Positions 18,898 through 27,252 of a DNA stretch of 32,650 nt are shown in pieces. The stretch covers positions 1 to 32,650 of the forward strand of contig JBHIBS010000019.1 in the NCBI GenBank assembly GCA_046759165.1, in the 5' to 3' direction. A program made the position numbers and the translations under genes. The notes under the pieces are model-generated. The model saw only the letters and a list, made by a program, of their open reading frames with translations. It did no database searches and was not told where the DNA came from. The stretch is from a bacterium (GTDB taxonomy: Bacteria > UBA6262 > WVXT01). The stretch's first letter is position 1. Every line of letters begins with the position of its first letter.

Positions 18898-19191
18898 TTA
18901 AAATCCAATTTTTTTAGACGGCTCGCCAGCTGCTTTTATCGCTCCAAATTTCTGTTCATACTTTTTAATATTCTCTTGTAGGGCAAGGAGGAACCTCTTG
19001 GTATGGCCAGGGCTTGAGATTATTCTCGCCCTCACTTTCGCTTTCGGCTCCTGAGGCTGAACGTAAATGAAATCCATTGTAAACTCAGTCTCTCTATGTC
19101 TTATAAAGGCCAAATTCACATATGCCCCCTGAGCCATGGCATCGTCCATTTCGATTCGAATTTGTACCTGTTTCTCTTGTTCTTCGGGCAT
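18898..19191 (-). CDS. DUF3467-like protein
   Basis: GAYVNLAFIRH..TEFTMDF...AKVRARIISSPGHTKRFL.AL..NI.KYE..FG.I; start at MPEEQ with an AAGGAGG RBS. Confidence 0.8.
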   Translation of the reverse strand: MPEEQEKQVQIRIEMDDAMAQGAYVNLAFIRHRETEFTMDFIYVQPQEPKAKVRARIISSPGHTKRFLLALQENIKKYEQKFGAIKAAGEPSKKIGF

Positions 19192-19320
19192 AACTTTAAC
19201 CTCCTTGACTTGTCCTCCCCGCTTAGTATAAACGTGGCGACCTTTCCGATATTTCTTCGGCTCAACCATCTTTATAATGCCATGCGAAGCTTACGCCTCA
19301 CTCCTCCTTATTCATGTTAC

Positions 19321-19502
19321 ATTCAAAAGATAGTCTGTGAAAAGCTTTTGGAATTTTAGGCAAAAAACAAGGACGAATTCTTCTCTTCTAAGCAAATCAC
19401 TGTTTGACGAGCGAAGCGAGGAGTTTTGATTTGCGCCATGCTGAGTCCGAAGTTTTTTGCCGTAAAGAAATTCCTAAGTAATGAACAGACTATCTTTTGA
19501 AT
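19321..19502 (+). ncRNA. Structured ~180-nt repeat element, full copy 2
   Basis: Perfect 18-bp terminal IR ATTCAAAAGATAGTCTGT; stems GGAATTT/AAATTCC, GGCAAAAAAC/GTTTTTTGCC, GGAC/GTCC, GCAAATCA/TGATTTGC; cap GAGCGAAGCGAG. Confidence 0.7.
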
Positions 19503-19513
19503 CTAACCAAGAA

Positions 19514-19882
19514 TCAATACTTATAACCTTTGTCAAAGGCCTCCTTGAAATCGTACCCGTCCTTGAAATCCTCAATACTATCTTCTTCTGTCTTAGCCAA
19601 AAGTCCAGCATCAACCATATTGAAAACTATATTGCCGAAATCTTCTGTCCTTCTAACTCCCCAATTCACAAAAACTGTGCGAGTCATCAGCCCGAAACGT
19701 TCCAGACCGTATTCCCTGATGCCCTCAAGCAGTTCCCGACCACTAAGGTGTCTGGGCCTATCGAATTTACTTTGCGTGTAATTTAAAGCTTCCATAACGA
19801 AATCGTAAGCCTCCACTTTATAGCAAGGGTTCTTAGCCACAATTTCTTCGACAACCTTCAAGAAATTCATTCTATTATTCAT
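19514..19882 (-). CDS. Conserved hypothetical protein (Minf_1886-like)
   Basis: Y..EAYDFVMEAL...RHLSGRELLEGIR...FG.M...V...WGV..TEDFGNIVFNMV..GLL.K.EEDS.EDF. Confidence 0.75.
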   Translation of the reverse strand: MNNRMNFLKVVEEIVAKNPCYKVEAYDFVMEALNYTQSKFDRPRHLSGRELLEGIREYGLERFGLMTRTVFVNWGVRRTEDFGNIVFNMVDAGLLAKTEEDSIEDFKDGYDFKEAFDKGYKY

Positions 19883-19884
19883 CG

Positions 19885-20796
19885 TTAAACTTCGCTCAGG
19901 CAAACCCTCCTGAAATTACAGGAGTTGCAGGTTTCCTGGTTGATTGTCTTGGCAAAATTATCTTTGGAAGCTATATTCTGAACAGGATCTACCAGTAACG
20001 TCTTCATTTCCTTGATATTCTTTCTGATATATCCCTTAATCTCTTCTATCTCTCTGGCATTTAACCTGTTTGTGATACCCCTCTTATTGTACAAATTGTA
20101 CTCAATCGTTCTAACTTCTTCCGAACCCACATTCCAGTGGTCAATTGCAAATAGAGTGTAACAACCAAGTTGAACGTCGCTTCCGGCACGTTCAGATTTA
20201 CCGGTTTTCCAGTCTATTATGGTAATCCCGCCATTTCGATCTCTGTAAGCGAAATCTAACTTGACATTGATTTTGCTATCTTCGAAGAGAAAACCCTGAA
20301 ACTCTTCTATGGGCAACCAGAGTGAAAAGTCGATATTCTTAACCATATCAAAAATATCTGAACTGTAAAAATTCTGAATGCATGTCTCTACGTGCTTCCT
20401 GAGGTCTTTCCATCTCTCTTCTTCCACTTTTACATCATATTCGTGCTCAAATAAGGCACAGCTTTTAGGATCTTGCCAGTACCTTTTGTTCTTCGACGAT
20501 TCGAAGTCGTACCGCATCTGCCCCCTGGTTAATTCGATGAGGCGATTCATCCAAGGTACTCTGCCAGACTTCGTCTCCTCCAGGACATTTTTGATAGAGT
20601 TATGTACTATCTCTCCTGCCCACATAAATCTGTTCTTCAGTTTCCCGAGAATATATATCTGCCTGACTTCGTCAGGAGCATCAAATTCCCAACCACCCCA
20701 GTGTCCGTAATAGGTGTAATAGTATTTCCTGTGACATTCCCTGAAAATATCATTTCTCGATTTTGACCAGGAGAACTCATTCTTTAATTTTCCCAT
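19885..20796 (-). CDS. Stand-alone PD-(D/E)XK nuclease (RecB/Cas4-like, 4 Cys)
   Basis: FSWS...CHRKYY, GEIVH, VKLDFAY, IIDWKTG, QLGCY, CNSCNFRRVC; start at MGKLKN with a GGAGG RBS. Confidence 0.85.
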   Translation of the reverse strand: MGKLKNEFSWSKSRNDIFRECHRKYYYTYYGHWGGWEFDAPDEVRQIYILGKLKNRFMWAGEIVHNSIKNVLEETKSGRVPWMNRLIELTRGQMRYDFESSKNKRYWQDPKSCALFEHEYDVKVEEERWKDLRKHVETCIQNFYSSDIFDMVKNIDFSLWLPIEEFQGFLFEDSKINVKLDFAYRDRNGGITIIDWKTGKSERAGSDVQLGCYTLFAIDHWNVGSEEVRTIEYNLYNKRGITNRLNAREIEEIKGYIRKNIKEMKTLLVDPVQNIASKDNFAKTINQETCNSCNFRRVCLSEV

Positions 20797-20834
20797 TTTC
20801 CCTCCCATTGGTTGGTTTCCTGAAAGCAGCCAGC

Positions 20835-21404
20835 TTAAAATTCGACCCCGGGGATTTCAGCTTCTTCCTTTTCCACCACGAAATAAGTTCGCGACTCAGC
20901 CAGACCCCTCCTTTTAGCAAAGAACCGACCAAAGACTTCTCTAATGTGAGCATTAAAAGTCTTCACAGCCCGATTATACCTCACCCTGGCCACAGCAATT
21001 CTGTTTGTAGTTCCCGACAGTTCATCCATTAGCCTGAGGAAGGTCTGATTGGCTTTCAAGTCGGGATACCGCTCAACGATTGCCAGAAGACGGGCTAAAG
21101 CACCATCCAGTTCCTTGGCTGCCTTAAGCTTTTCCGCAACTGTTCTTGCTCCAGCAAGAGCTGAGCGCGCATCGGCTACGTGGGTAAATACTTCCCTCTC
21201 ATGCTTGACATACCTTTTAACTGTAGCCACCAGATCGGGAATTAATTCGCTTCTCCTCTTGAGCTGTGTATCAATCTGAGCCCAAGCCTCGCTCGCTTCT
21301 TCATCCATTCTCACCACGCGATTAAGGCCAGAAATGTACCAAGCAATCCCAACAAAAATCAAAAAGACAAAAATAGCCAGAAAAATCCATGCCTTTCTCA
21401 TCAT
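20835..21404 (-). CDS. lemA: LemA family protein
   Basis: N-terminal TM, AWAQIDTQLKRR..LIP.LV.TVK.Y..HE, ERYPDLKANQTF, NRIAVAR.RYN. Confidence 0.92.
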   Translation of the reverse strand: MMRKAWIFLAIFVFLIFVGIAWYISGLNRVVRMDEEASEAWAQIDTQLKRRSELIPDLVATVKRYVKHEREVFTHVADARSALAGARTVAEKLKAAKELDGALARLLAIVERYPDLKANQTFLRLMDELSGTTNRIAVARVRYNRAVKTFNAHIREVFGRFFAKRRGLAESRTYFVVEKEEAEIPGVEF

Positions 21405-21417
21405 TTCCTCCATTTTA

Positions 21418-21599
21418 AAGAAAAGTTGATTTTGAAGAGCATTGGAATTTTAGCGAGAAACGAGGCTAACAATAACACTTCCAAACAGAATTTTGGTTGA
21501 GCCCCGATTTATCGGGGCGAGTTTAATTCTGTGCCCTGCAGAAGCCGAAGTTTCCGGGCGGTAAAAAATTCCTCACCGATCGAAAAATCAACTTTTCTT
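21418..21599 (+). ncRNA. Structured ~180-nt repeat element, full copy 3 (most divergent)
   Basis: Perfect 16-bp terminal IR AAGAAAAGTTGATTTT; stems GGAATTTT/AAAATTCC, GAAAC/GTTTC, GGCT/AGCC, ACAGAATT/AATTCTGT; cap GCCCCGATTTATCGGGGC. Confidence 0.7.
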
Positions 21600-21771
21600 A
21601 TTTATTACCATCTCCCGGTGGCACCTCCGCGTTCGATTCTTTAGGAATAAAATCCTCTCCCACTGCGCTCCCGTAAAGGGAAATAGACTTGAGGTTATCT
21701 CCGTGCAATCCGATCATTGCCTGGTTGAAAGGCATTACAACTTTCCTAACACGGTTATTTAACTTTTCCAA
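21598..21771 (-). pseudogene. Truncated nucleotidyltransferase-domain gene (5' fragment, 57 aa, not in the ORF track)
   Basis: Manual translation LEKLNNRVRKVVMPFNQAMIGLHGDNLKSISLYGSAVGEDFIPKESNAEVPPGDGNK*. It has a Pol-beta-type LYGS motif and ends before the catalytic DxD region. Confidence 0.65.
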
Positions 21772-21830
21772 ATTGACAAGATTGACAAGAACGGTCCTAA
21801 AGATCCCCCTTCACTCAAATTATTGGTTGC

Positions 21831-21859
21831 ATTTTAACATATTTTCCCAACTTTTTCAA
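21831..21859 (-). promoter_or_regulatory. Putative sigma70 promoter TTGAAA-N17-TAAAAT with extended TG
   Basis: Near-consensus hexamers with canonical spacing upstream of the NTase remnant and lemA. Confidence 0.55.
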
Positions 21860-21879
21860 CCATCTAAGGATGGAGTCAA

Positions 21880-22704
21880 TTATCTTGAAGATTCCCCGGT
21901 AGGCAGATTTTGTGTGAGGCTCTTAAATCTTTCCCGATTTCTAATAAGTTCAGCTTCCTCTAACTCGACCTGTTCGAGGTAGAGCTGTGCCCTCTCGATT
22001 CTATCGGCTGTAGGCGGATGGGAGCGAAATAGAGTTTCAAATTTAGTTGGAGGTTTCTTCTCCATAGCTTTAAGTTTCTCAAAAAAGTCAACCATTGCCC
22101 TGGGGTCGTATCCGGCAGCAAGGGAATAGCGGACTCCAGAATTGTCAGCCTCAAACTCGTTCTTCCGGCTATATCCGAGAAGCATTAAGGAAAAAAAGAA
22201 ATCGGTATATTGCCTCAACTGGCTCAAATCTCTTTTAGTGAGTATTTCTCCAATGAGGACAATTGCCGAGTAACCAAATGCTTTTTCAAACCGTTTTGCA
22301 CCATGGCGATAGACAACGTGTCCAATCTCATGTCCCATCACCCCTGCCAGTTCAGCTTCATCATCCAGCTCCTTAAGAATTCCCCTGGTCACAAAAATGA
22401 ATCCTCCAGGAGCGGCAAAAGCGTTCACCATCGGAGTATCCAGGACAGTGAAGTAGTAAGCTATCTCCTTCCTCTCGCAAACATCAACCAATTTCTGTCC
22501 CACCTCATTTATATACTCATGTAACTCGGGGTCATCGTAAACACCAAACTCATTTACTACCTGTTGAGCAGTTTCTTTCCCCAGGGCTACTTCCTGCCTT
22601 GTAGAGAGTAATCTAATTTCCTTTTCCCCTGTAACTGGATGGACTGCACATCCTATCATGAACACAAAGGATAAAAGTAAGAGGATATTCAAAATTCTTC
22701 TCAT
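21880..22704 (-). CDS. M48-family zinc metalloprotease lipoprotein
   Basis: Lipobox MIGC, VNAFAAPGG, HEIGH, YSRKNEFEAD, SHP...DRI. Confidence 0.92.
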   Translation of the reverse strand: MRRILNILLLLSFVFMIGCAVHPVTGEKEIRLLSTRQEVALGKETAQQVVNEFGVYDDPELHEYINEVGQKLVDVCERKEIAYYFTVLDTPMVNAFAAPGGFIFVTRGILKELDDEAELAGVMGHEIGHVVYRHGAKRFEKAFGYSAIVLIGEILTKRDLSQLRQYTDFFFSLMLLGYSRKNEFEADNSGVRYSLAAGYDPRAMVDFFEKLKAMEKKPPTKFETLFRSHPPTADRIERAQLYLEQVELEEAELIRNRERFKSLTQNLPTGESSR

Positions 22705-22717
22705 CTAATTTCTCTCC

Positions 22718-23482
22718 CTAAACCGCAAGCCATCCTCCATCTACAAAGATTGTCTGCCCAGTTATGTAATCAGAAGCATCACACGCAAGAAAGACAGCTA
22801 TTCCTGCCAAATCTTCTGGTTTGCCCCATCTGCCCAAAGGAATTCTTGCATTTATTGCTGAAAATCTTTCCGGATCCTGCCGCAAAGGCTCGGTCAAATC
22901 AGTCGTAAAATAGCCTGGTCCAATGGCATTAACTCTAATATTATATTTCGCCCAGTCGCTAGCGAGAGACTTGGTCAGTTGAGAAACCCCTCCCTTACTT
23001 GCTACATAGGCAGAAATATTCTTGCCACCGATAAAACTGGCTATCGAAGAAATGTTTATAATTTTTCCTCTCTTCTGTTTAATCATTACTCTCCCCACGG
23101 CCTGGCAACATAGGAAAGTGCCTTTCAAATTGATATTGATCTCCTTGTCCCAATCTCTTTCTGAAAAGTCTTCAGAGGGCACTCTGGTAATCCTTCCAGC
23201 ATTATTGAACAGGAAATCTATCTTCCCAAATTTTTCCAGTGTTTTCTCTAACATTCTATCAATATCTTCTTTCCTCGACACGTCAACCTGCAGGGGAAGC
23301 ACCTCTCCTCCCCAATTCTTGATTTCCTCAGCTACTTTCTCAATTTTTTCTATGTCCCTGCTCGTTACAGCAAGGTCTGCCCCAGCCTGAACAAGACCAA
23401 TAGCAATACCCTTACCTAGACCACGGCTGGCTCCAGTCACTATCCCCACTTTCCCCTTAAGGCTCATCTTTTCTAAAATCAT
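22718..23482 (-). CDS. Short-chain dehydrogenase (KduD/gluconate 5-dehydrogenase-like)
   Basis: TGASRGLG, NNAG, YVASK, VNAIGPGYF, RIPLGRWG, VDGGWLA. Confidence 0.9.
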   Translation of the reverse strand: MILEKMSLKGKVGIVTGASRGLGKGIAIGLVQAGADLAVTSRDIEKIEKVAEEIKNWGGEVLPLQVDVSRKEDIDRMLEKTLEKFGKIDFLFNNAGRITRVPSEDFSERDWDKEININLKGTFLCCQAVGRVMIKQKRGKIINISSIASFIGGKNISAYVASKGGVSQLTKSLASDWAKYNIRVNAIGPGYFTTDLTEPLRQDPERFSAINARIPLGRWGKPEDLAGIAVFLACDASDYITGQTIFVDGGWLAV

Positions 23483-23910
23483 AAATTCTTCCTCCTATAG
23501 CTCAACTTTCCCATTATGCTTCTTATTTTCTTAGGGGGCTTGACTATAAACGCCACTATTGTAAATACGCCAATAAAAACTGTTGGTAACTGTATCGTCA
23601 AAGGATTAACGTCAGGATAAACCAACCTCTCTAAATAATGAACTATGAACGAACCAGAATAGACTAAAGATGCTTCATATCTTAGCCTGAGTTCATTTTC
23701 GAGGATGGTCAAGGGGCAATACCTGCCGAGAATGCTCAAAGAGGCAACATAGAAAATACCCAAAAGGTGGAGAGACCTGAACAGCCAGCGGTCAAAGAAT
23801 TTCTTCCTGAAGAAGATAGCATATAAGGTAAGCAGAAACCCAAGTAGCATAAATAGTATAAACAGGAAATGTACCACAATGATTGCATCAACAAATATTT
23901 TATACGCCAT
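23479..23910 (-). CDS. DUF2784-like membrane protein
   Basis: D.IIVVHFLFILF, CPLTILENELR, SFIVHYLERLVY. Confidence 0.8.
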   Translation of the reverse strand: MAYKIFVDAIIVVHFLFILFMLLGFLLTLYAIFFRKKFFDRWLFRSLHLLGIFYVASLSILGRYCPLTILENELRLRYEASLVYSGSFIVHYLERLVYPDVNPLTIQLPTVFIGVFTIVAFIVKPPKKIRSIMGKLSYRRKNL

Positions 23911-24031
23911 TTTCTATGAACTCTCTTTTGATTTCCCACCTTAGAACCATTCCATTCCTATAATTCTCGAGCTTGTAACCAACTATGAATCTCTTTCGAA
24001 AAGGAAGGAAATATCTCAACTCCCATCATTA

Positions 24032-24697
24032 CTACTTTACCTTCTGAGCTAATCTGTGGAGTTCTGGATTAGCTAGAGCCTCAACTTTTTTCCTCACCAC
24101 ACGAGAATAATACTCTCTCTCGGTCTTGGTCATCTTCTCCCCTCTTAACTTCTTAAGGAATAGTTCTTTTTGCTTAGAAGAAAAGACCTGTGAAAGGGCA
24201 TACTCAAGACCAAATTCCTCTTTCATAGAAGCAAGTTCTGTAAGTTTAGATTTCTCTTCTTTAAAATAGTTCTTAAAAGTATTTTTTAATCTTTCTGCCG
24301 ACATCAAGTTGTTACCAACTTGTAATTCCTCTCGTCTTTTAAGCTTTCCAAGCATCTCATTATAATCCTCCTTTTTGAAAGAAAGTAACTTATAAAGTTT
24401 ATCCGCCCAAGAAAATTTTACATTCAAAACTTCGTATAAAACAAGCGACATCAGCACTAATTTTGATAGGTATAATTTACCAAAAGGCTTTTTTAAATGC
24501 CATTTGACCATATCATAATTGAACCGGCCTTTCTCAGCACTATTAGCCAACAAAAGAGGAAACCCTTCCCATAGGCGAAGATTCTTGCTTTGTACAACTT
24601 CAGCAAGAGTAGCATTGACGTCCAGACTCTCTTCTTTCTCAAACAAAGGATATCCAAGCATTTTAGCTTTTTTTAAAAGAGTTTTATTGTTCATCAT
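24032..24697 (-). CDS. Hypothetical protein, partner of the upstream nucleotidyltransferase (putative antitoxin/regulator)
   Basis: Overlaps the upstream gene stop; basic helical C-terminus FSSKQKELFLKKLRGEKMTKTEREYYSRVVRKK. Confidence 0.6.
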   Translation of the reverse strand: MMNNKTLLKKAKMLGYPLFEKEESLDVNATLAEVVQSKNLRLWEGFPLLLANSAEKGRFNYDMVKWHLKKPFGKLYLSKLVLMSLVLYEVLNVKFSWADKLYKLLSFKKEDYNEMLGKLKRREELQVGNNLMSAERLKNTFKNYFKEEKSKLTELASMKEEFGLEYALSQVFSSKQKELFLKKLRGEKMTKTEREYYSRVVRKKVEALANPELHRLAQKVK

Positions 24698-25275
24698 ATA
24701 ACCCTTCTTTTTTAAGAATACTTAAAAAATGAGCAAAATTCTTATTCACCTTCTCTTCAGAAACATCAAATGACGCTGTTTGGTGAAAACGTCTTTTAAG
24801 GAATCTTATATTTATCTCTTTTTTCTTCGCTCTAATCAAGGCCAAACAATATTCTATATCTATAGCTGCACCTCTAAATAGTTTACTTATAATAAGGCCA
24901 TAATGATTGAGTGCCCCTAAGTAAATAAGATTAAATTCTTTTATCAAGATATGATTGCCCTTTTGAAGAGGTGACTCCAAGACTTCTGTTGTATGTACTT
25001 TTTTGCCCCTAAATAACTCAAAAATAAAACCATCGCCTCTTGCCCAACCCCAGCCGGTTACTGACTTATAGCCAAGTTGTTTCAGTATTCTTATGAGGTA
25101 ATCATATTCAGCTTCGTTTGGTATCAGCAAATCTATATCTTTTGTAGATTCCTTTACATCTAAAAGTGTCATCGCTGTTCCATCACAAGCAATAAGATGC
25201 ACTTTTCTTTTAAGATAGCCATCCCATACTGAAAGTTCATCCAAATAGACCTTGTTTATCTATTCGATATTTCAT
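24684..25275 (-). pseudogene. DUF6036/AbiEii-like nucleotidyltransferase with a +1 frameshift near codon 11
   Basis: ATG at 25275 gives MKYRIDKQGLFG*. Removing one T joins it to LDELSVWD...IACDGTAM...TKDIDLL. The span is 592 nt = 3n+1. Confidence 0.7.
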
Positions 25276-25340
25276 ACAATTTATTGCATCTATTTATACA
25301 ATTCTGTATCAAATTATACAGTGTATTTATAAACTGTCAA
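25272..25340 (-). promoter_or_regulatory. Consensus sigma70 promoter TTGACA-N16-TATAAT with overlapping ATACA..TGTAT inverted repeats
   Basis: -35 at 25335-25340 and -10 at 25313-25318; palindromes ATACAATTCTGTAT and ATACAGTGTAT. Confidence 0.7.
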
Positions 25341-25417
25341 GAACTAAATTTTAAATTTGTATGCTCCTTAAGAAAAATCCTATGGTCTGTAGGATATGTT
25401 TAAAACTTAGAAAATTC

Positions 25418-25460
25418 TGGTGGCGAAGGAAAGACATGAACATGGGACGTCCCGGTTTTA
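25418..25460 (-). pseudogene. Degenerate tRNA-like 3' half ending in CCA
   Basis: Minus strand AACCGGGACGTCCCATGTTCATGTCTTTCCTTCGCCACCA: V-loop GTC, T-loop-like GTTCAnnTC and terminal CCACCA at tRNA-like spacing; the stems are decayed. Confidence 0.45.
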
Positions 25461-25476
25461 TTGGTTTGTGACTACG

Positions 25477-25505
25477 ATTCTACCATATCTTGAAAGGTGG
25501 GTCAA
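25477..25505 (-). promoter_or_regulatory. Putative sigma70 promoter TTGACC-N17-TAGAAT with extended TG
   Basis: Near-consensus promoter immediately upstream of the tRNA-like remnant. Confidence 0.55.
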
Positions 25506-25542
25506 TAGAAAGGATTAAGGCATATAATCAAATTCATATTCT

Positions 25543-26799
25543 TCAGGATGTTTTGGGTAGGTATATCATAAAAGTAGTACCTTTGCCCCCTTCTGTTTTT
25601 AATTCTATTCTCCCATGGTGATTACTAATGATGTCTTTCGATATTGTAAGACCTAATCCTGCCTCACCTTTTGTGCTAAAGAATGGTTCAAAAATTCTTG
25701 ACTTTACCGTTTCAGGTATTCCCTGGCCATTATCTTTAAATTCAACAATTACCCATTTATCGTCCGATTTCGTCTCTACAGATAGCCTGCCGCCTTGAGA
25801 AAATGCATCGATGGCATTATTAATAAGATTGATAAATGTTTCCTGAAATTGCCCCTTATTTCCTGAAACGATTAGAGAACTTTTATCTAATTGCTTGCTT
25901 AATATGATTCCTTTCTTTATAAATTGATAACTCATTAAAGTCAAAGTTTCATCCAAGGTTTTATTTATATCGATTTTTTCAACTTTGGAGTAGTCTTGCT
26001 TGGTGAAATTCAGAATCTCCTCAACTACCTCGTTTCCATGAGATGTTATATCGCAAATATCTTCTATATTTTTTTCTAAATCCTCGGTTGACAGTGGTCT
26101 TTTAATATTATCCAGCAAATATTTCCCTTTACTCGAAATTATCCCCAAGGGGGTTTTCATCTCATGAATTATGGTTCCAATCAACTTTCCTATAGAAGCC
26201 ATCTGTGTTGAACGATATAATTGATTTTTGGCTTCACGAAAAAGACTTTCAATATGCTTCCTATATAACTCTCTTTTCTTCGTCTCTTCACCAAAATATC
26301 CACTGACTATTGCTACAATAAATAAAAATGGAATTCTTAAAAGCAACCCTGTATTAAACAGTTCAACTCGACCTGTATCTTTAACAAGCATACCAAAGTA
26401 AAAAATAAACGCCAAAAATGCAATTATAACACTCATCTTTAAACTTGAAGCTAAAGCAGACGCAAATATGACCAAAAAGTAAGCCATATAAAGGTCTGTA
26501 TCAATACCTCTGGTTAAATATATAACTGACGAGATAAAAAATATGTCAATCAAAAAAATGGAACTCATAAATTTGCCTGAATAAATTCTTCTTTCAGAAA
26601 CAAAAATTAAGTAGAGATTAAAAATGGTAAAGGCAAGCCAAATTAAAACTGATTGAATTGGAAGAACGAATTCTTTATCGGGCTCGTACAGAACCAGGAA
26701 AATAACTATCACAAGAATTAACCATTGAAAGATGATGATGAAACTCTTGTGATTAAGATTGTAAACTTTTCTTTTAGCTTTACTAAAAAATTGCTTCAT
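25543..26799 (-). CDS. Membrane-bound sensor histidine kinase (orphan)
   Basis: About 6 TM segments, H-box HEMKTPL, N-box NLINNAIDA, DNGQGIP, FEPFFSTK, GLGL. Confidence 0.92.
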   Translation of the reverse strand: MKQFFSKAKRKVYNLNHKSFIIIFQWLILVIVIFLVLYEPDKEFVLPIQSVLIWLAFTIFNLYLIFVSERRIYSGKFMSSIFLIDIFFISSVIYLTRGIDTDLYMAYFLVIFASALASSLKMSVIIAFLAFIFYFGMLVKDTGRVELFNTGLLLRIPFLFIVAIVSGYFGEETKKRELYRKHIESLFREAKNQLYRSTQMASIGKLIGTIIHEMKTPLGIISSKGKYLLDNIKRPLSTEDLEKNIEDICDITSHGNEVVEEILNFTKQDYSKVEKIDINKTLDETLTLMSYQFIKKGIILSKQLDKSSLIVSGNKGQFQETFINLINNAIDAFSQGGRLSVETKSDDKWVIVEFKDNGQGIPETVKSRIFEPFFSTKGEAGLGLTISKDIISNHHGRIELKTEGGKGTTFMIYLPKTS

Positions 26800-26817
26800 A
26801 TTACAAATCCTCTAAAT

Positions 26818-27252
26818 CTACCAACTGGATATTGGAGTTCCATCAAGGCCGAGATGTGTGCAATCAATGCAAATTCCCCCTGTTGCAGAATTATAGCACC
26901 ATCCACCGCTATCAGTGATATTAGGGCCTAGGACTTGATTTGTTCGTGAATGATCCTTAAGGCTCAAATATGGAATCTCATTTACATAATCAGGATTCAG
27001 GGAATTGGAAAGTGGGCTAGGAGGCCATGCTCCGTCATTAGTTCCATAATAGGTCATAATTGCCATACGCAAAATACCCAGATTCCCCTTTGCGGTATTC
27101 TCGTTTCCTTGGCGAATTAAATTGCCAGCTTTGGCGATAAGAATAACTGCAAGTAGCCCAATAACTGCTACAGAAATCATCAGTTCGGTCAAAGTGAACC
27201 CTTTTAAATTTGACACGCTACATCCTATTTTATTCAATTTTCTCAAAAGCAT
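26818..27252 (-). CDS. Type IV pilin / T2SS pseudopilin-like protein
   Basis: Prepilin cleavage/methylation motif KG-FTLTELMISVAVIGLLAVI. Confidence 0.88.
   Translation of the reverse strand: MLLRKLNKIGCSVSNLKGFTLTELMISVAVIGLLAVILIAKAGNLIRQGNENTAKGNLGILRMAIMTYYGTNDGAWPPSPLSNSLNPDYVNEIPYLSLKDHSRTNQVLGPNITDSGGWCYNSATGGICIDCTHLGLDGTPISSW

Noticed and set aside
19885-20796. cas4 as evidence of a CRISPR-Cas locus
   Set aside because: No cas1/cas2 or array is present; the motifs fit a stand-alone RecB-like nuclease.
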